This document shows, in pieces, positions 1-10,733 of a stretch of 64,000 nt of DNA. A program made the translations under genes and the position numbers. Positions within the stretch are counted from its first letter, which is position 1. The number at the start of each line of letters is the position of its first letter. Source of the stretch: Nitrospirales bacterium (GTDB lineage: Bacteria > Nitrospirota > Nitrospiria > Nitrospirales > UBA8639); NCBI GenBank assembly GCA_965203295.1, contig CBDBCZ010000019.1, forward strand, positions 2,112,001-2,176,000, written 5' to 3'. The notes beneath the pieces were generated by a model, which worked only from the letters and a program-made list of their open reading frames with translations, made no database searches and was not told where the DNA came from.

Positions 1-1347
1 TTTAGACATCTCTGCAATGCCGCCAGCATTATCCGTGATAGGACCAAAGGCATCAATTGCCACGACGATTCCGGCCATGGACAGCATCGACACCGCAGCC
101 ACAGCCACCCCATAAAGACCTCCTTGCTCAGCTCCCCCGCAAATGGCGAAACTTGACAGAATCGCCACGACAATGATCACCACTGGCCAAGCCGTCGCCT
201 GCATTCCGACTGCCAAACCGGCAATAATATTGGTGGCATGTCCGGTCTCACTGGCTTTCGCGATGCTACGGACAGGGGAATAGCATGTCGCCGTGTAATA
301 ATCTGTGATGAATACCAGGGCCAACGTCACCACGAGACCAATAAGAACCGCAATGTAATAACTCATTCCTGATACACCGCCAATGCCATCCATCATCATT
401 GAGGTGACAGGGAAAAAGGCGACAGCCGCGATCCCACCACTGATGAACAGCCCCTTATATAGGGCGGACATAATGCTACCCCCTTCGCCAGTTTTCACGA
501 AAAACGTACCTAGAATCGTGGCAAAGATCGTCATGCCCCCCAGTGCCAAAGGATAAAGAACCGGCTCAACCGACTGAGGAAACAAACTCATGGCTAACAC
601 CATGGCGGCGACAATGGTGACCACATACGTTTCAAACAAATCAGCCGCCATTCCCGCGCAATCCCCGACGTTGTCTCCAACGTTATCGGCAATCACGGCT
701 GGGTTTCGTGGATCATCTTCTGGAATCCCCGCTTCAACCTTCCCAACCAGATCCGCTCCGACGTCAGCTGCCTTCGTGAAAATTCCACCTCCAACGCGGG
801 CAAACACAGATATAAGACTTCCACCAAACCCAAGGCTAATCAAAGCATGGACCGCCTTTTCGGGACCAGCAATCCAGGATCCGACGGCGTAAAATCCCGC
901 TAGAGATAAAAGCCCTAACCCAATCAGCAAAAGCCCGGTTACAGCCCCTCCCCGAAAAGCCACATTCAGGGCGGGATTCAGTCCTTCAGAAGCAGCCTGA
1001 GCAGTTCGGACATTGGCCCTGACGGCAATAATCATTCCGATGTATCCTGCTGTCGCAGAGGCTGTCGCTCCGATCAGAAATCCCACAGCAGTTAACAGAC
1101 CGAAATTTTCAGACCAAAAACCAGCCAACCAAAGGATGAGAAACATGCCTCCTGCGACTATCGCCACCGTTCGATATTGTCGGTTCAAGAATGCCCCAGC
1201 ACCCTCCTGCACCGCTAAAGAAATATTTTGCATGATTTCACTTCCGGCCTCCTGTCGAAGCACCCAGAAAGTGAGATAGAGGCCATAGCCAATGCCAGCC
1301 ACAGCCGAAATGAGCGAAAACATAATCACCGTCGTCGTCACGTCCAC
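1..1347 (-). CDS. hppA: Membrane-bound H+/Na+-translocating pyrophosphatase (5' part; runs off window start)
   Basis: Not in the ORF track because it is open-ended. Manual minus-strand translation gives DVGADLVGKVE, DNVGDNVGD and DAFGPITDNAGGIAEM motifs. GTG start at 1347 follows a GAGGAGGA RBS. Confidence 0.93.
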   Translation of the reverse strand, partial: MDVTTTVIMFSLISAVAGIGYGLYLTFWVLRQEAGSEIMQNISLAVQEGAGAFLNRQYRTVAIVAGGMFLILWLAGFWSENFGLLTAVGFLIGATASATAGYIGMIIAVRANVRTAQAASEGLNPALNVAFRGGAVTGLLLIGLGLLSLAGFYAVGSWIAGPEKAVHALISLGFGGSLISVFARVGGGIFTKAADVGADLVGKVEAGIPEDDPRNPAVIADNVGDNVGDCAGMAADLFETYVVTIVAAMVLAMSLFPQSVEPVLYPLALGGMTIFATILGTFFVKTGEGGSIMSALYKGLFISGGIAAVAFFPVTSMMMDGIGGVSGMSYYIAVLIGLVVTLALVFITDYYTATCYSPVRSIAKASETGHATNIIAGLAVGMQATAWPVVIIVVAILSSFAICGGAEQGGLYGVAVAAVSMLSMAGIVVAIDAFGPITDNAGGIAEMSK

Positions 1348-1650
1348 AGATCAGTCCTCCTCTAAAATCCTAAAGTTTTTTCATTGTATGAGGGTAAAAG
1401 CCAGTCAGGTAGGCTTTTGTCGCTTCCCCGGAACCTCTCAGGTGCCTGCTAGTTGGAGAGCTCTCATTGACAAGGCTCCAGGAGTACTCCGGAGAAATTT
1501 AAAAGAAAAGTTATGCATTGTATCTTGAGACACTCTTGTGATCAAGAAAAAAGACCAATTTGCACAAGATCTTACATAATTCACCGTAAGTACTCAATGA
1601 ACGTCATCTCCGACAACTCCAGATTTGTATTCGGCCAACGAGAGAAGACT

Positions 1651-2241
1651 CTATGAATTCGCTTCGACCAGAGAAGTGCGTAGAGCCACAATTTCATCAG
1701 GATGAAGTTCTCTCCATTGCCCAGGCTCAAGATTCCCCAACAGGACAGGACCTATCGCCATACGAATAATCCGGAGGGTAGGGTATCCAACAGCTGCTGT
1801 CATCCGACGAATCTGACGGTTCAGCCCTTGCCGAATAGTCATTTCGATCCAAGCCGTAGGGACCGATTTCCGGAATCGAATAGGGACAGACCGTGGCCAC
1901 AGGCAAAGGGCTTCTTCCAATAATGTGACAATCGCCTCATGCGTTTTTCGTCCCTGCACGACGACACCTTTTCGAAGCCTCTCTAAAATCGCGTCATCGG
2001 GAACACGCTCCACTTGAACCAAGTATTTTTTAGGAAGATTGTGACAGGGATCCGTAATCTGATGAGCCAGTCTTCCATCAGAAGTCAGCAACAGCAACCC
2101 CTCACTATCAAGGTCTAATCGTCCAGCGGGATACACATCTGGGATAGAAATGTAATCCGCTAATGTGGCTCGGCCCTCTGGATCAGTAAAACATGACAAG
2201 ACACCAAAAGGCTTATTGAAGATTAACGTTCTCGTTCGCAC
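1651..2241 (-). CDS. rluE: rRNA pseudouridine synthase (RluE/RsuA family)
   Basis: FNKPFGV, GRLDLDSEGLLLLT catalytic motif, and GLNRQIRRM; no S4 domain. Confidence 0.85.
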   Translation of the reverse strand: MRTRTLIFNKPFGVLSCFTDPEGRATLADYISIPDVYPAGRLDLDSEGLLLLTSDGRLAHQITDPCHNLPKKYLVQVERVPDDAILERLRKGVVVQGRKTHEAIVTLLEEALCLWPRSVPIRFRKSVPTAWIEMTIRQGLNRQIRRMTAAVGYPTLRIIRMAIGPVLLGNLEPGQWRELHPDEIVALRTSLVEANS

Positions 2242-2657
2242 AACAATGTGATTCCCATTGAAAGCTCTTCTGACAAAACACGAAGCTCGTTAGGCTCTCA
2301 GAATTGAAGGAAGGTCGGCAAATTTACCCTTGCCAGACAGATCTCACAAGCTGTTCAAAGACCTTCTTATAAAATAACAGTTGACACATGCAGAGATCCC
2401 TTAAAGGCTCTGCCCTCGAAAACTGGGCAGTCCGTGTTGCCCGCACGCAGGAATTTTTGTTAAAGTGGACGTATTATCTACGCACAATCATAATTCAGAA
2501 TGTTCTTCCCCTGTAGTAACACGGCCTATCGCCTACCTGTATGCGAGGGACACCACACAGAACAGACGATGCCATTGTGGGAACGCTTCTTTAGAAATTC
2601 CTACATGAAAATTGTCTTGAACATATTGTTACAATAGGGTCACAAAAGGAGACACTT

Positions 2658-3677
2658 ATGCCTTGGGAACCCAAAGACCCATGGGGACGCAGTGGTCAAG
2701 ATCCCCTCGACGACGTGCTCAGAAAGGCGCAAGAGCAATGGCAACGGATGAAGCCTTCCAAGGGGATCAAGTCAATTATATTGATCGTTGTAGCTCTTCT
2801 AGCCCTTTCTCAGGCTGTGTTTAAAGTCGAACCGGATGAGCAAGGGTTGGTCAAACGATTCGGGGATGTCGTCAGAACGGTGGGGTCTGGGCCTCATCTT
2901 AAGGTGCCTTTTCTAGAGACCGTCGTCACACCAAAAGTGGAAAAATTACACCGTCTGGAAGTTGGGTTTAGGACTGACGTTCGTGGTCGAACCCGCATTG
3001 TTCCCCAGGAATCCTTAATGTTGACCGGAGATATGAATATCCTCTCAGTAGAATTCATTGTCCAATACAAAATCAATAATGCACGGGACTATTTATTCAA
3101 TGTGGCTGAAATCGAGGGCACCATCCATAAATCTGCAGAAGCCGCTATGCGGGAGGTCATAGGAAGTAGCAAGATCGATGAGGCGCTCACGGTGGGGAAA
3201 GCCCAAATTCAACAAGACACAGAAGACCTGCTTCAAAAAATTCTGGACGAATACAAGGGTGGAGTCCAAATCGCGACCATTCAATTACAGGACGTCAACC
3301 CCCCTGAGCAAGTTGCTGGAGCATTTAAGGACGTGGCGAGTGCGAAAGAAGATCGCGAAAAGCTCATTAATCAAGCCCATGGGTACCGAAACGATATTCT
3401 TCCCAAGGCCAAAGGAGAAGCTGCAGAAGCCGTCAACCAAGCCAAAGGGTACGCCCAAGCTCGAATTACAAGAGCCGAAGGTGAAGCGAGCCATTTCCTC
3501 CAGACGCTGAAAGAATATAATCAAGCGAAAGACGTCATTGGCAAACGGGTCTATATTGAGACCATGGAAGAAGTCCTCTCTAAGACAGAAAAAGTCATTT
3601 TGGACTCAAAGGCAGCAGGCAATGTCTTGCCCTACTTGCCTCTTGATAAAGTATCGAGGGGGAGGGCCAGCCAATGA
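2658..3677 (+). CDS. hflK: FtsH protease modulator HflK
   Basis: MPWEP..DPW N-terminus, TM helix, SPFH domain, C-terminal YLPL; overlaps hflC (ATGA). Confidence 0.93.
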   Translation: MPWEPKDPWGRSGQDPLDDVLRKAQEQWQRMKPSKGIKSIILIVVALLALSQAVFKVEPDEQGLVKRFGDVVRTVGSGPHLKVPFLETVVTPKVEKLHRLEVGFRTDVRGRTRIVPQESLMLTGDMNILSVEFIVQYKINNARDYLFNVAEIEGTIHKSAEAAMREVIGSSKIDEALTVGKAQIQQDTEDLLQKILDEYKGGVQIATIQLQDVNPPEQVAGAFKDVASAKEDREKLINQAHGYRNDILPKAKGEAAEAVNQAKGYAQARITRAEGEASHFLQTLKEYNQAKDVIGKRVYIETMEEVLSKTEKVILDSKAAGNVLPYLPLDKVSRGRASQ

Positions 3678-4540
3678 GTAAGCAAAACCTAATCCTTGGA
3701 GTCCTGGCCGTCCTTCTTGTTCTTGTCATGCTGGGCATCTCTCCATTTTATGTCGTTGACCTCACTGAGACTGCCATTGTTGTCCAATTAGGTGATCCTG
3801 TCCGTACCGTCATCGAGCCCGGCCTCAAATTCAAAATTCCCTTTATTCAAGAGGTCACGTTTTTTGACAAACGACTCATTGACTATGACGTCCCTGCTCG
3901 GGATGTCATTACCGAAGACAAAAAGACCATCCTGATCGATAACTATGCTAAATGGCGTATCGTTGACCCCTTAGCAGTCTATAAAGCTTTCCAAACTCAG
4001 CGAGGCGCCCTGCAACGCCTTGACGATATTATTTACTCTGAGCTACGAGTTGAACTCGGACGGCATGACCTTCTAGAAATCGTCTCGGCGAACCGGCTCC
4101 TGATTATGTCCGAAGTAGCCAAACGGGCGAATAGCATAGCCGCAAAGTATGGATTAGAGGTCATCGATGTGAGAATCAAACGGGCGGATCTCCCCGAACA
4201 AAATGAAAAGGCCATCTTTGCACGAATGCAAGCTGAACGGGAACGGCAGGCGAAACAGTACCGTGCCGAAGGTGCCGAAGAAGCTCAAAAAATCCGTTCG
4301 GAGGCAGAGAAAGACAAGGAAATTATCTTAGCGGAAGCCTATAAAACGTCACAGGAGTTACGCGGGTCAGGTGATGCCAAAGCGTTTAAAGCCTATGCCA
4401 ATGCCTACCGTCAAGGGCCGAAGTTTTTTGATTTCATGCGATCCATGGATGCCTATAAAAAAACGTTTTCCGAGAAAGACATTATGGTCCTCAGTCCTGA
4501 ATCTGAGTTCCTCAAATACTTGAAGAAACGTAAAAATTAG
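3674..4540 (+). CDS. hflC: FtsH protease modulator HflC
   Basis: SPFH domain; VIDVRIKRADLP and RMQAERER motifs; directly follows hflK. Confidence 0.93.
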   Translation: MSKQNLILGVLAVLLVLVMLGISPFYVVDLTETAIVVQLGDPVRTVIEPGLKFKIPFIQEVTFFDKRLIDYDVPARDVITEDKKTILIDNYAKWRIVDPLAVYKAFQTQRGALQRLDDIIYSELRVELGRHDLLEIVSANRLLIMSEVAKRANSIAAKYGLEVIDVRIKRADLPEQNEKAIFARMQAERERQAKQYRAEGAEEAQKIRSEAEKDKEIILAEAYKTSQELRGSGDAKAFKAYANAYRQGPKFFDFMRSMDAYKKTFSEKDIMVLSPESEFLKYLKKRKN

Positions 4541-4659
4541 GATCTTGTCATCACCCATAGACACATCGTTGTTTCAGGGAGAGTATTCTGGAAGAGGCTC
4601 TTCCATACTCTGGGTATAAACCGCACAGTTAACCGAATTTCACTCCGTAGGATATTCTT

Positions 4660-6330
4660 ATGCACAATGCTTCTAAATTGAAATCACTTTTTCAGCGACC
4701 TGGCATTATTAAAGTAGTCGGAGCGCATGACGCCTTAAGTGCAAAGTTGATTGAGCGAGCCGGTTTTGACGCGGTGTGGGGAAGTGGGTTTGGCATCTCC
4801 GCTGCTCTCAAATGTATTCCAGACGCCAGCTTTATCACCCTGACTGAGCAAGTAGGCGTGGAACGTAATATGGCTGAAGCCATCACGATTCCTATTATCG
4901 CGGACTGTGACACGGGCTACGGGAACGCGCTGAATGTAATGCGGACCGTCAACGATCATGAGCGAGCAGGGATCGCGGCCATTTGTATTGAGGATAGTGT
5001 CTTTCCCAAGCGATGCAGCTTTTATGCTGGCGTACGCCGCGAACTCGTGTCGATTGACGAACATTGTGGAAAAATCCAGGCCGCGAAGGCCTCTCAACAG
5101 GTCCCAGATTTTATGGTCATTGCCCGGACAGAAGCCCTCATCGCAGGCTGGGGAAAAGAAGAAGCCTTAAAGCGGATTCACGCCTATGTCAAGGCAGGAG
5201 CAGACGCAATCCTCATCCACTCGAAAGCTCCAACCTTTGACGAACTCCGGGAAGTAGCCCAAACCTGCGAAGGACGCATCCCCCTGGTAGCCGTACCCAC
5301 GACATATGGGGATGTGACGACCCAAGAGCTTGAAGAAGCTGGTTTCAAGATGGTCATCTTCGCGAATCAGGCCCTCCGGTCTGCCATTCGTTCCATGCGC
5401 GAGGCCTTAAATCATCTCATGGAAAAGGGCATGCCTCACGCAGTCAAGGATGAAATCGTCACTCTTGATGAGGTTTATGACTTGGTCGGTGTTCCTCAAA
5501 TGAAGGAAGATGAACGCCGGTTTCTCCCTCCAGACGGTGAACGAATTACCACGATTATCGCCGCAGCTGGTTTTGAAAAACCCCTGCTTCCTCTCATTCA
5601 GGATAAGCCGAAATGTCTTTTAGATATTAAGGGAAAAACCATTTTAGAGCGACAGGTTGGGACACTGAACGAATGTAATATCAAGGAAATCGCACTCGTT
5701 CGAGGCTACAAAAAAGAGAGCATCACGCTCCCCAACATCCGCTACTACGATAATGACCGTTATGAAGAAACCGGCGACCTCTTTTCTTTCTTTTGTGCCG
5801 AGAACGAAATGAAAGGCCGCTGCCTTCTACTATACGGTGACATCATTTTTGACACGACCCTTCTTCAAAAATTGTTAAAAAGCCCTGCGGATATCTCTCT
5901 CGTGGTAGACCTTGCTTGGCATGATCAGCAAAAGCCATTCACACATCTTCCACTCAAACCAGACCTGGTTCAAATGGAATCGCCGCCAGGGAAAAGTTAC
6001 CGGTATGTTGATTCAGGAGAAGGAAGTCGAATCATCAAAATTGGTCGTGATCTATCACATGAGGAGGCACACGGCGAATTCATTGGTTTGGTGATGTTCT
6101 CTGAACAAGGGATCAATACGTTCAAACAGATCTACAAGGACGTCAGCCCGAATGCTCGCTCAAAGAGGCTTCATGAATCGGGTCTTGTGGAGCAGGCCTC
6201 TCTCAAGGATCTTATCCAAGCACTCATCGACCAGGGCCAGAAAGTACAATGTGTTCCGACCTATAAGGGATGGATGGAGGTGGATTCGTTCGAGGATTAT
6301 CAGAAGGCTTGGGCGGATACTCAACGGTGA
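4660..6330 (+). CDS. Isocitrate lyase/PEP mutase family protein fused to a C-terminal NTP-transferase (LicC/PntC-like)
   Basis: N-terminal half: GAHDALSAKL, DCDTGYGN, EDSVFPKRCS, ARTEALIAG. C-terminal half: IIAAAG...DKPKCLL, LLYGDIIF, GWMEVDSFEDY. Confidence 0.85.
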   Translation: MHNASKLKSLFQRPGIIKVVGAHDALSAKLIERAGFDAVWGSGFGISAALKCIPDASFITLTEQVGVERNMAEAITIPIIADCDTGYGNALNVMRTVNDHERAGIAAICIEDSVFPKRCSFYAGVRRELVSIDEHCGKIQAAKASQQVPDFMVIARTEALIAGWGKEEALKRIHAYVKAGADAILIHSKAPTFDELREVAQTCEGRIPLVAVPTTYGDVTTQELEEAGFKMVIFANQALRSAIRSMREALNHLMEKGMPHAVKDEIVTLDEVYDLVGVPQMKEDERRFLPPDGERITTIIAAAGFEKPLLPLIQDKPKCLLDIKGKTILERQVGTLNECNIKEIALVRGYKKESITLPNIRYYDNDRYEETGDLFSFFCAENEMKGRCLLLYGDIIFDTTLLQKLLKSPADISLVVDLAWHDQQKPFTHLPLKPDLVQMESPPGKSYRYVDSGEGSRIIKIGRDLSHEEAHGEFIGLVMFSEQGINTFKQIYKDVSPNARSKRLHESGLVEQASLKDLIQALIDQGQKVQCVPTYKGWMEVDSFEDYQKAWADTQR

Positions 6331-6427
6331 CTATCCATTCAAGGTTGCCGCAACGAAGACATCGTCATATTAGGAACAGGTAACCCACGCTCAACACCCT
6401 GCTCCGAATTCCAAATCAAAATAACCA

Positions 6428-7108
6428 ATGGCCAATGAACATCACCTCAATATCCTCCTTCAAGGTGGGGTAGAGTCCTGGAACAAATTCCGTCGGACGA
6501 ACCCCTCCGTCCTCCCTGATCTCCGTGGAGCTGACCTTTCGGGTTACGATTTCACGGGAATTGACTTCAGTAAAGCCGATCTTTCCGAGGCCGATCTCTC
6601 TGACGCGTATCTTTTTCGAGCAGATTTCACAGAAGCCACCTTACAAGGAGCCAACTTGACGGAGGCAGATCTTATCGAAGCAAACTTAATCCAAGCCGTA
6701 TTGGCCGACGCCATTTTAGTGAGAACCGATTTCAGCAGTTCCGGTCTCATTCGAGCTGACTTGTCACAAGTTGATCTTTCTGGAGGCAACTTGACCCGTA
6801 CCGCCCTTCCATGGGCAAATCTGACACAAAGCAACTTGATCAGGGCAAAACTCCATTTAGCTGACCTTCGAGAGGCCAACCTTATCGGAGCTGACCTTTC
6901 CGAAGCTTCCCTGCAGGATGCATCCTTGACCGGAACGAATTTTCAAGGAGCCATCCTGACGAGTGCCAAGGGTCTCATGATTGAGTTCTTGTCTAAAGCC
7001 AAAACCCTCTACCAAACTCAGATGGATCAGGCTCTCCAAGAACAAGTGATCAAAGACTATCCTCAATTGCTGCTACAACCCTTGCTGCTACAACCCTCAA
7101 ATTCTTAA
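6428..7108 (+). CDS. Pentapeptide repeat protein
   Basis: Many A(D/N)Lxx repeats; MANEHHL..L.QGVESWN N-terminus typical of the family. Confidence 0.9.
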   Translation: MANEHHLNILLQGGVESWNKFRRTNPSVLPDLRGADLSGYDFTGIDFSKADLSEADLSDAYLFRADFTEATLQGANLTEADLIEANLIQAVLADAILVRTDFSSSGLIRADLSQVDLSGGNLTRTALPWANLTQSNLIRAKLHLADLREANLIGADLSEASLQDASLTGTNFQGAILTSAKGLMIEFLSKAKTLYQTQMDQALQEQVIKDYPQLLLQPLLLQPSNS

Positions 7109-7179
7109 ATCTCTTCTGAATGATGAAAGGGAAAGAGCATGATTTCAGAACGCTGGAAAGGGTCTAGGTCTCTGGTTAC

Positions 7180-8064
7180 TTAGGGGACGAACGACCGTCG
7201 GATCACCACGATCCGACCAATGATATCCACTGGAGGAGGCACAGGAGGGAGGACAAGGTCCACATGAGTCCCAACACCCTGCACTAGACGAATCCCTTGT
7301 GTGGTTTGCACAAAGCCCTTGGCGCGAAGCGCACCCATGGCTTGGATTTGCTGAATCAGGTCACTCGGGTCAACACCAAGTTCCGCAGAGACTTCTACAG
7401 CCTGAAAAGATTCATGCACATGAGTCTCACATTCGTCATGATTGAACATCCGTGATTTTCGAAGTCCGTCAGGGTCAGGCGGAAATAACACTTCCGTCTC
7501 GACTTCTGCATTCACGGCACGGATCACTGGGGTTCCAGGAGCTTTTTCGTTCAGATACTGTTCTAATTCACCGAGACTTTGATCAGGAACTCTATCAATC
7601 TTATTCAGAAGAAGAAGGTCAGCTGAAGAGACTTGTTGCTCAAACGTACCCGCAAGATCCCGTTTTTCAAGAAGTTGCTCGGCGTTGACCACGACAACCG
7701 CCACGCATTCTCCGACCCATTGCGAGACCGGCTCACGCCAAAAATTCATGAGTGTCTCAAAAGGAAGCGCGACTCCTGATGTTTCCACAATGACACGATC
7801 GGGGTGAACCCGCTCCCAAAGGCCCTGAAGGGTTATGAGCAACTCATCAGAGAGCTTACAACAAACACATCCCCCCTCAAGCTCGACATAGCCATTCTCC
7901 TGATCAGCCGACAGCAGCGCTTGATCAATCCCTAACTCACCAAATTCGTTGGATATGACAGCCGCACGAAGCCCTTGGCGTTGCGCTTCACTGAGCAAGT
8001 GCCGAACAAGTGTTGTCTTGCCTGCGCCTAAGAATCCGGATACGACCAGAGCTGGGATCTGCAT
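7180..8064 (-). CDS. CobW/P47K (COG0523) family metal-chaperone GTPase
   Basis: SGFLGAGKTT Walker A, NEFGELGID, GGCVCC metal motif, ETSG and NKID; start placed at MQIP. Confidence 0.88.
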   Translation of the reverse strand: MQIPALVVSGFLGAGKTTLVRHLLSEAQRQGLRAAVISNEFGELGIDQALLSADQENGYVELEGGCVCCKLSDELLITLQGLWERVHPDRVIVETSGVALPFETLMNFWREPVSQWVGECVAVVVVNAEQLLEKRDLAGTFEQQVSSADLLLLNKIDRVPDQSLGELEQYLNEKAPGTPVIRAVNAEVETEVLFPPDPDGLRKSRMFNHDECETHVHESFQAVEVSAELGVDPSDLIQQIQAMGALRAKGFVQTTQGIRLVQGVGTHVDLVLPPVPPPVDIIGRIVVIRRSFVP

Positions 8065-8214
8065 TGGTGAACCCTCGCTCGCTTCACTCACAGAGTTGGC
8101 ATCCCTTGATGAAAGCATGGATTCGTAAAGGCACCGGGTTGTTATCTATTCAAAAAACAGTTCTCAATGGTACACATGAAAGAAAACAAGTTTGGAATGT
8201 GATGTAATGCAATC

Positions 8215-8994
8215 TTAATGCGGCCTAACAGGATTTTGACAATTCGTGTGCCCCGCTGGCGACCCAATCTCAAATACCAAGGTGACAGTAGCCTGAACCT
8301 GAATTTCGCCTGGGGCCATAGGAACGGCCTTGGCGGATTCAGCCATACTGAACTGAGCACCGGCTAACGCACGAGCTTGTGGATAGACCTGTCTTCCTCC
8401 CTCCTGTACCTTCATCAGCCGAATTACTGACACTCCTAAAGATTGGGTGAGGGTTGCGGCTTTATTTTTGGCTTCGTTCGCTGCCTTTTGGAGGGCCTGA
8501 AGATACACCGAATTTTTTTCGCGCAGCACCCAGTTAATTCTAGAAAAATGATTGGCTCCTGCATGTAAGGCCCCATCAACAACTTTCCCTACTGTCTCGA
8601 GTTTTCGTACTTCCACTCTGATAGAATTCTGTGCCGTATAGCCAATAATCTTGGGAGTCTGTGGTTCATCAGGAACTTGCGACCTTGGTCGAGGCCTTTG
8701 CGCATATCGTGGAGTGACGTCAAAAGATGCCGTTTGAATACGTTCTCGCTCAATACCCATCTTCAAGAGCTCGTCAAACACTCGGGTCATAGCCTTCGTA
8801 TTGTCCTGTTGAACCTGACCAAAGGATTTTCCTGCAGTCTCGACAGCCAATCTGATGATCGCCGTATCTGGTGCGATGCGTACGATCCCTTTTCCAGAAA
8901 CTGTGAGAGTCGATGAGTCCGACGGTAATTCGGCACTCCATGCCGAAAGTGACAATCCCAAAACAAGTAACAAAACAACGATGACGAGTTGCAT
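8215..8994 (-). CDS. SIMPL domain (DUF541) exported protein
   Basis: Signal peptide; TLTVSGKGIVRIAPD, IIGYTAQN and PGEIQVQATV motifs; GGAGGG RBS before ATG at 8994. Confidence 0.85.
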   Translation of the reverse strand: MQLVIVVLLLVLGLSLSAWSAELPSDSSTLTVSGKGIVRIAPDTAIIRLAVETAGKSFGQVQQDNTKAMTRVFDELLKMGIERERIQTASFDVTPRYAQRPRPRSQVPDEPQTPKIIGYTAQNSIRVEVRKLETVGKVVDGALHAGANHFSRINWVLREKNSVYLQALQKAANEAKNKAATLTQSLGVSVIRLMKVQEGGRQVYPQARALAGAQFSMAESAKAVPMAPGEIQVQATVTLVFEIGSPAGHTNCQNPVRPH

Positions 8995-9093
8995 AGTTCC
9001 CTCCATCTCAAAATGATGTGCTGATCGATTGTCGAACACCGGTCATGCTTTCATGATTGACAAAGATCAGCCAATTTCCCCACAATAGTTTAA

Positions 9094-9279
9094 ATGGATA
9101 CTTCTTCAGAACCTCACACCCAAGACTCGCCAACGGAGGCGAGTATTCCTGACCGGCTGTGCACGTGGTGTAAAATTTCTATGATGAAACGGATTGTGGG
9201 TGAGGGTCGATTTATTCACTACACCTGCCCAAAATGTATCTTTCAACATACTGCGAAAACAGCGCTTCAAGCAGAGTAG
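9094..9279 (+). CDS. Small putative zinc-ribbon protein
   Basis: 61-aa ORF with CTWC...CPKC pairs in a gap between two genes. Confidence 0.55.
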   Translation: MDTSSEPHTQDSPTEASIPDRLCTWCKISMMKRIVGEGRFIHYTCPKCIFQHTAKTALQAE

Positions 9280-9342
9280 GTTCCTTCCTTTAAAAAAATT
9301 CTTTTCTCATAGACATGGATCTATGTGAGATGTCTTCGTTTT

Positions 9343-10572
9343 CTAAAACAAGTTCGACACGATTTTTGTTCCTCCGACCCACGTTCCTATGATACTGCCG
9401 ATTGTGGGGAAGAGAAAGGCTAAGAAAATTCTGAGAAGGCGGCTCTGCCACCACTGTTTCGGGATAGCAATATCTTCCGCCACCGTTTGAAATTCCCTCA
9501 CAACGGGTGGTTGGACATAGGCCTGAACAAAAGCCGTGACATAGCCCGCTCCGATGACAGGGGTCAAACTCGTAAATGGGGCAGCTACAAAAGCGGAAAG
9601 GATGGTCAAGGGATGTGCCAACGCAAAAAGGGCGCCAATCGCACTGGGTATCCCATTTGCTAGAACCCAAAAAAGCGCATTTTCTCCAGCCGCTAGTGCA
9701 CCCTTTTGATACCCTATGAAAGCAATAGACCCTAAGATAATGGCTGGGATACTCCATCCAACGCATTTCCAGACTGGTGAGACTGATGGAATAAACTCAA
9801 GGCTTTCCAAGTCCACCGTCTGATTGTTGTTGAGAATTTCCTTAATTCCCTCCACATGGCCAGCTCCCACGACTGCCACAACACGAGATCCATCTGCCTG
9901 GAGAATTTTTTGAGCGAGGTACTGATCACGTTCATCGATCAAGGCCGTTTTTAAGGTCGGCACTTCTACGCCGAGATCTTTCATCATGTCAGATAAAACA
10001 TCTTGCTTTTTGAGATCCAAGAGCGTCTCTTCCGAGACTTGTGTCGTGTCGAACACACTGAGCAACAGTGATGAAACAAGCACACTTTTTTTTAGGAACG
10101 GGGTTGAACGCCAAGCACGACGCATGGTTACACGTACGTCCCGATCGCATAAAGAAATCGGAATATCGTGTTTCTTGGAGATCGAAATGGCCTCCAGCAT
10201 TTCCATCCCGGGCAACACCCCTAATTGTTCACCGAGACGTTTTTGATAGGAAGCCAGAAGAAGATTGGCTAGAAGGGTGCTTAACTGTTTTTTTCGAATG
10301 ATGGCTTTCAGATCTAACGATTCCCATTTATGTTGCTGAGAAAGGGCTTCAAATCTCCTTGGATCGAGTTCAACGCAGACTCTTTCTGGACGTTCCTCTT
10401 CTATAACCGTCCGAACTAATTCCACCGATTCGCGAGAGATATGAACAGTGCCGACAAGGATGACAACTTTACCCGGCACCTCTATGACATGAACATCTGA
10501 AGAACAATCACGAATTGGAAGGCAATCGGAAGCAGAGGAAGTGTGCGGAAGCTCAGTATCGGGACAGTCCAT
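9343..10572 (-). CDS. TraB/GumN (PrgY-like) family membrane protein
   Basis: LVGTVHIS, VCVELD, LIDERD and VVAVVGAGH motifs; C-terminal TM helices. Confidence 0.88.
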   Translation of the reverse strand: MDCPDTELPHTSSASDCLPIRDCSSDVHVIEVPGKVVILVGTVHISRESVELVRTVIEEERPERVCVELDPRRFEALSQQHKWESLDLKAIIRKKQLSTLLANLLLASYQKRLGEQLGVLPGMEMLEAISISKKHDIPISLCDRDVRVTMRRAWRSTPFLKKSVLVSSLLLSVFDTTQVSEETLLDLKKQDVLSDMMKDLGVEVPTLKTALIDERDQYLAQKILQADGSRVVAVVGAGHVEGIKEILNNNQTVDLESLEFIPSVSPVWKCVGWSIPAIILGSIAFIGYQKGALAAGENALFWVLANGIPSAIGALFALAHPLTILSAFVAAPFTSLTPVIGAGYVTAFVQAYVQPPVVREFQTVAEDIAIPKQWWQSRLLRIFLAFLFPTIGSIIGTWVGGTKIVSNLF

Positions 10573-10733
10573 ATTTATACCATGTCACAAAAAATTAACG
10601 TCTTGTCAAGATTGCGAAGCTACCCCTTTTCGTCAAAATGACATGGTAATCTTTGGACCTGAACGACTTGCATTTCATTATAGCAGACGGCAGAGAAGTT
10701 TGATGGAATCTCAATGACCGCCATCTTGGCACT

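Noticed and set aside
590..1528. Plus-strand ORFs 590-892, 1013-1279 and 1292-1528
   Set aside because: They are antisense shadows of hppA.
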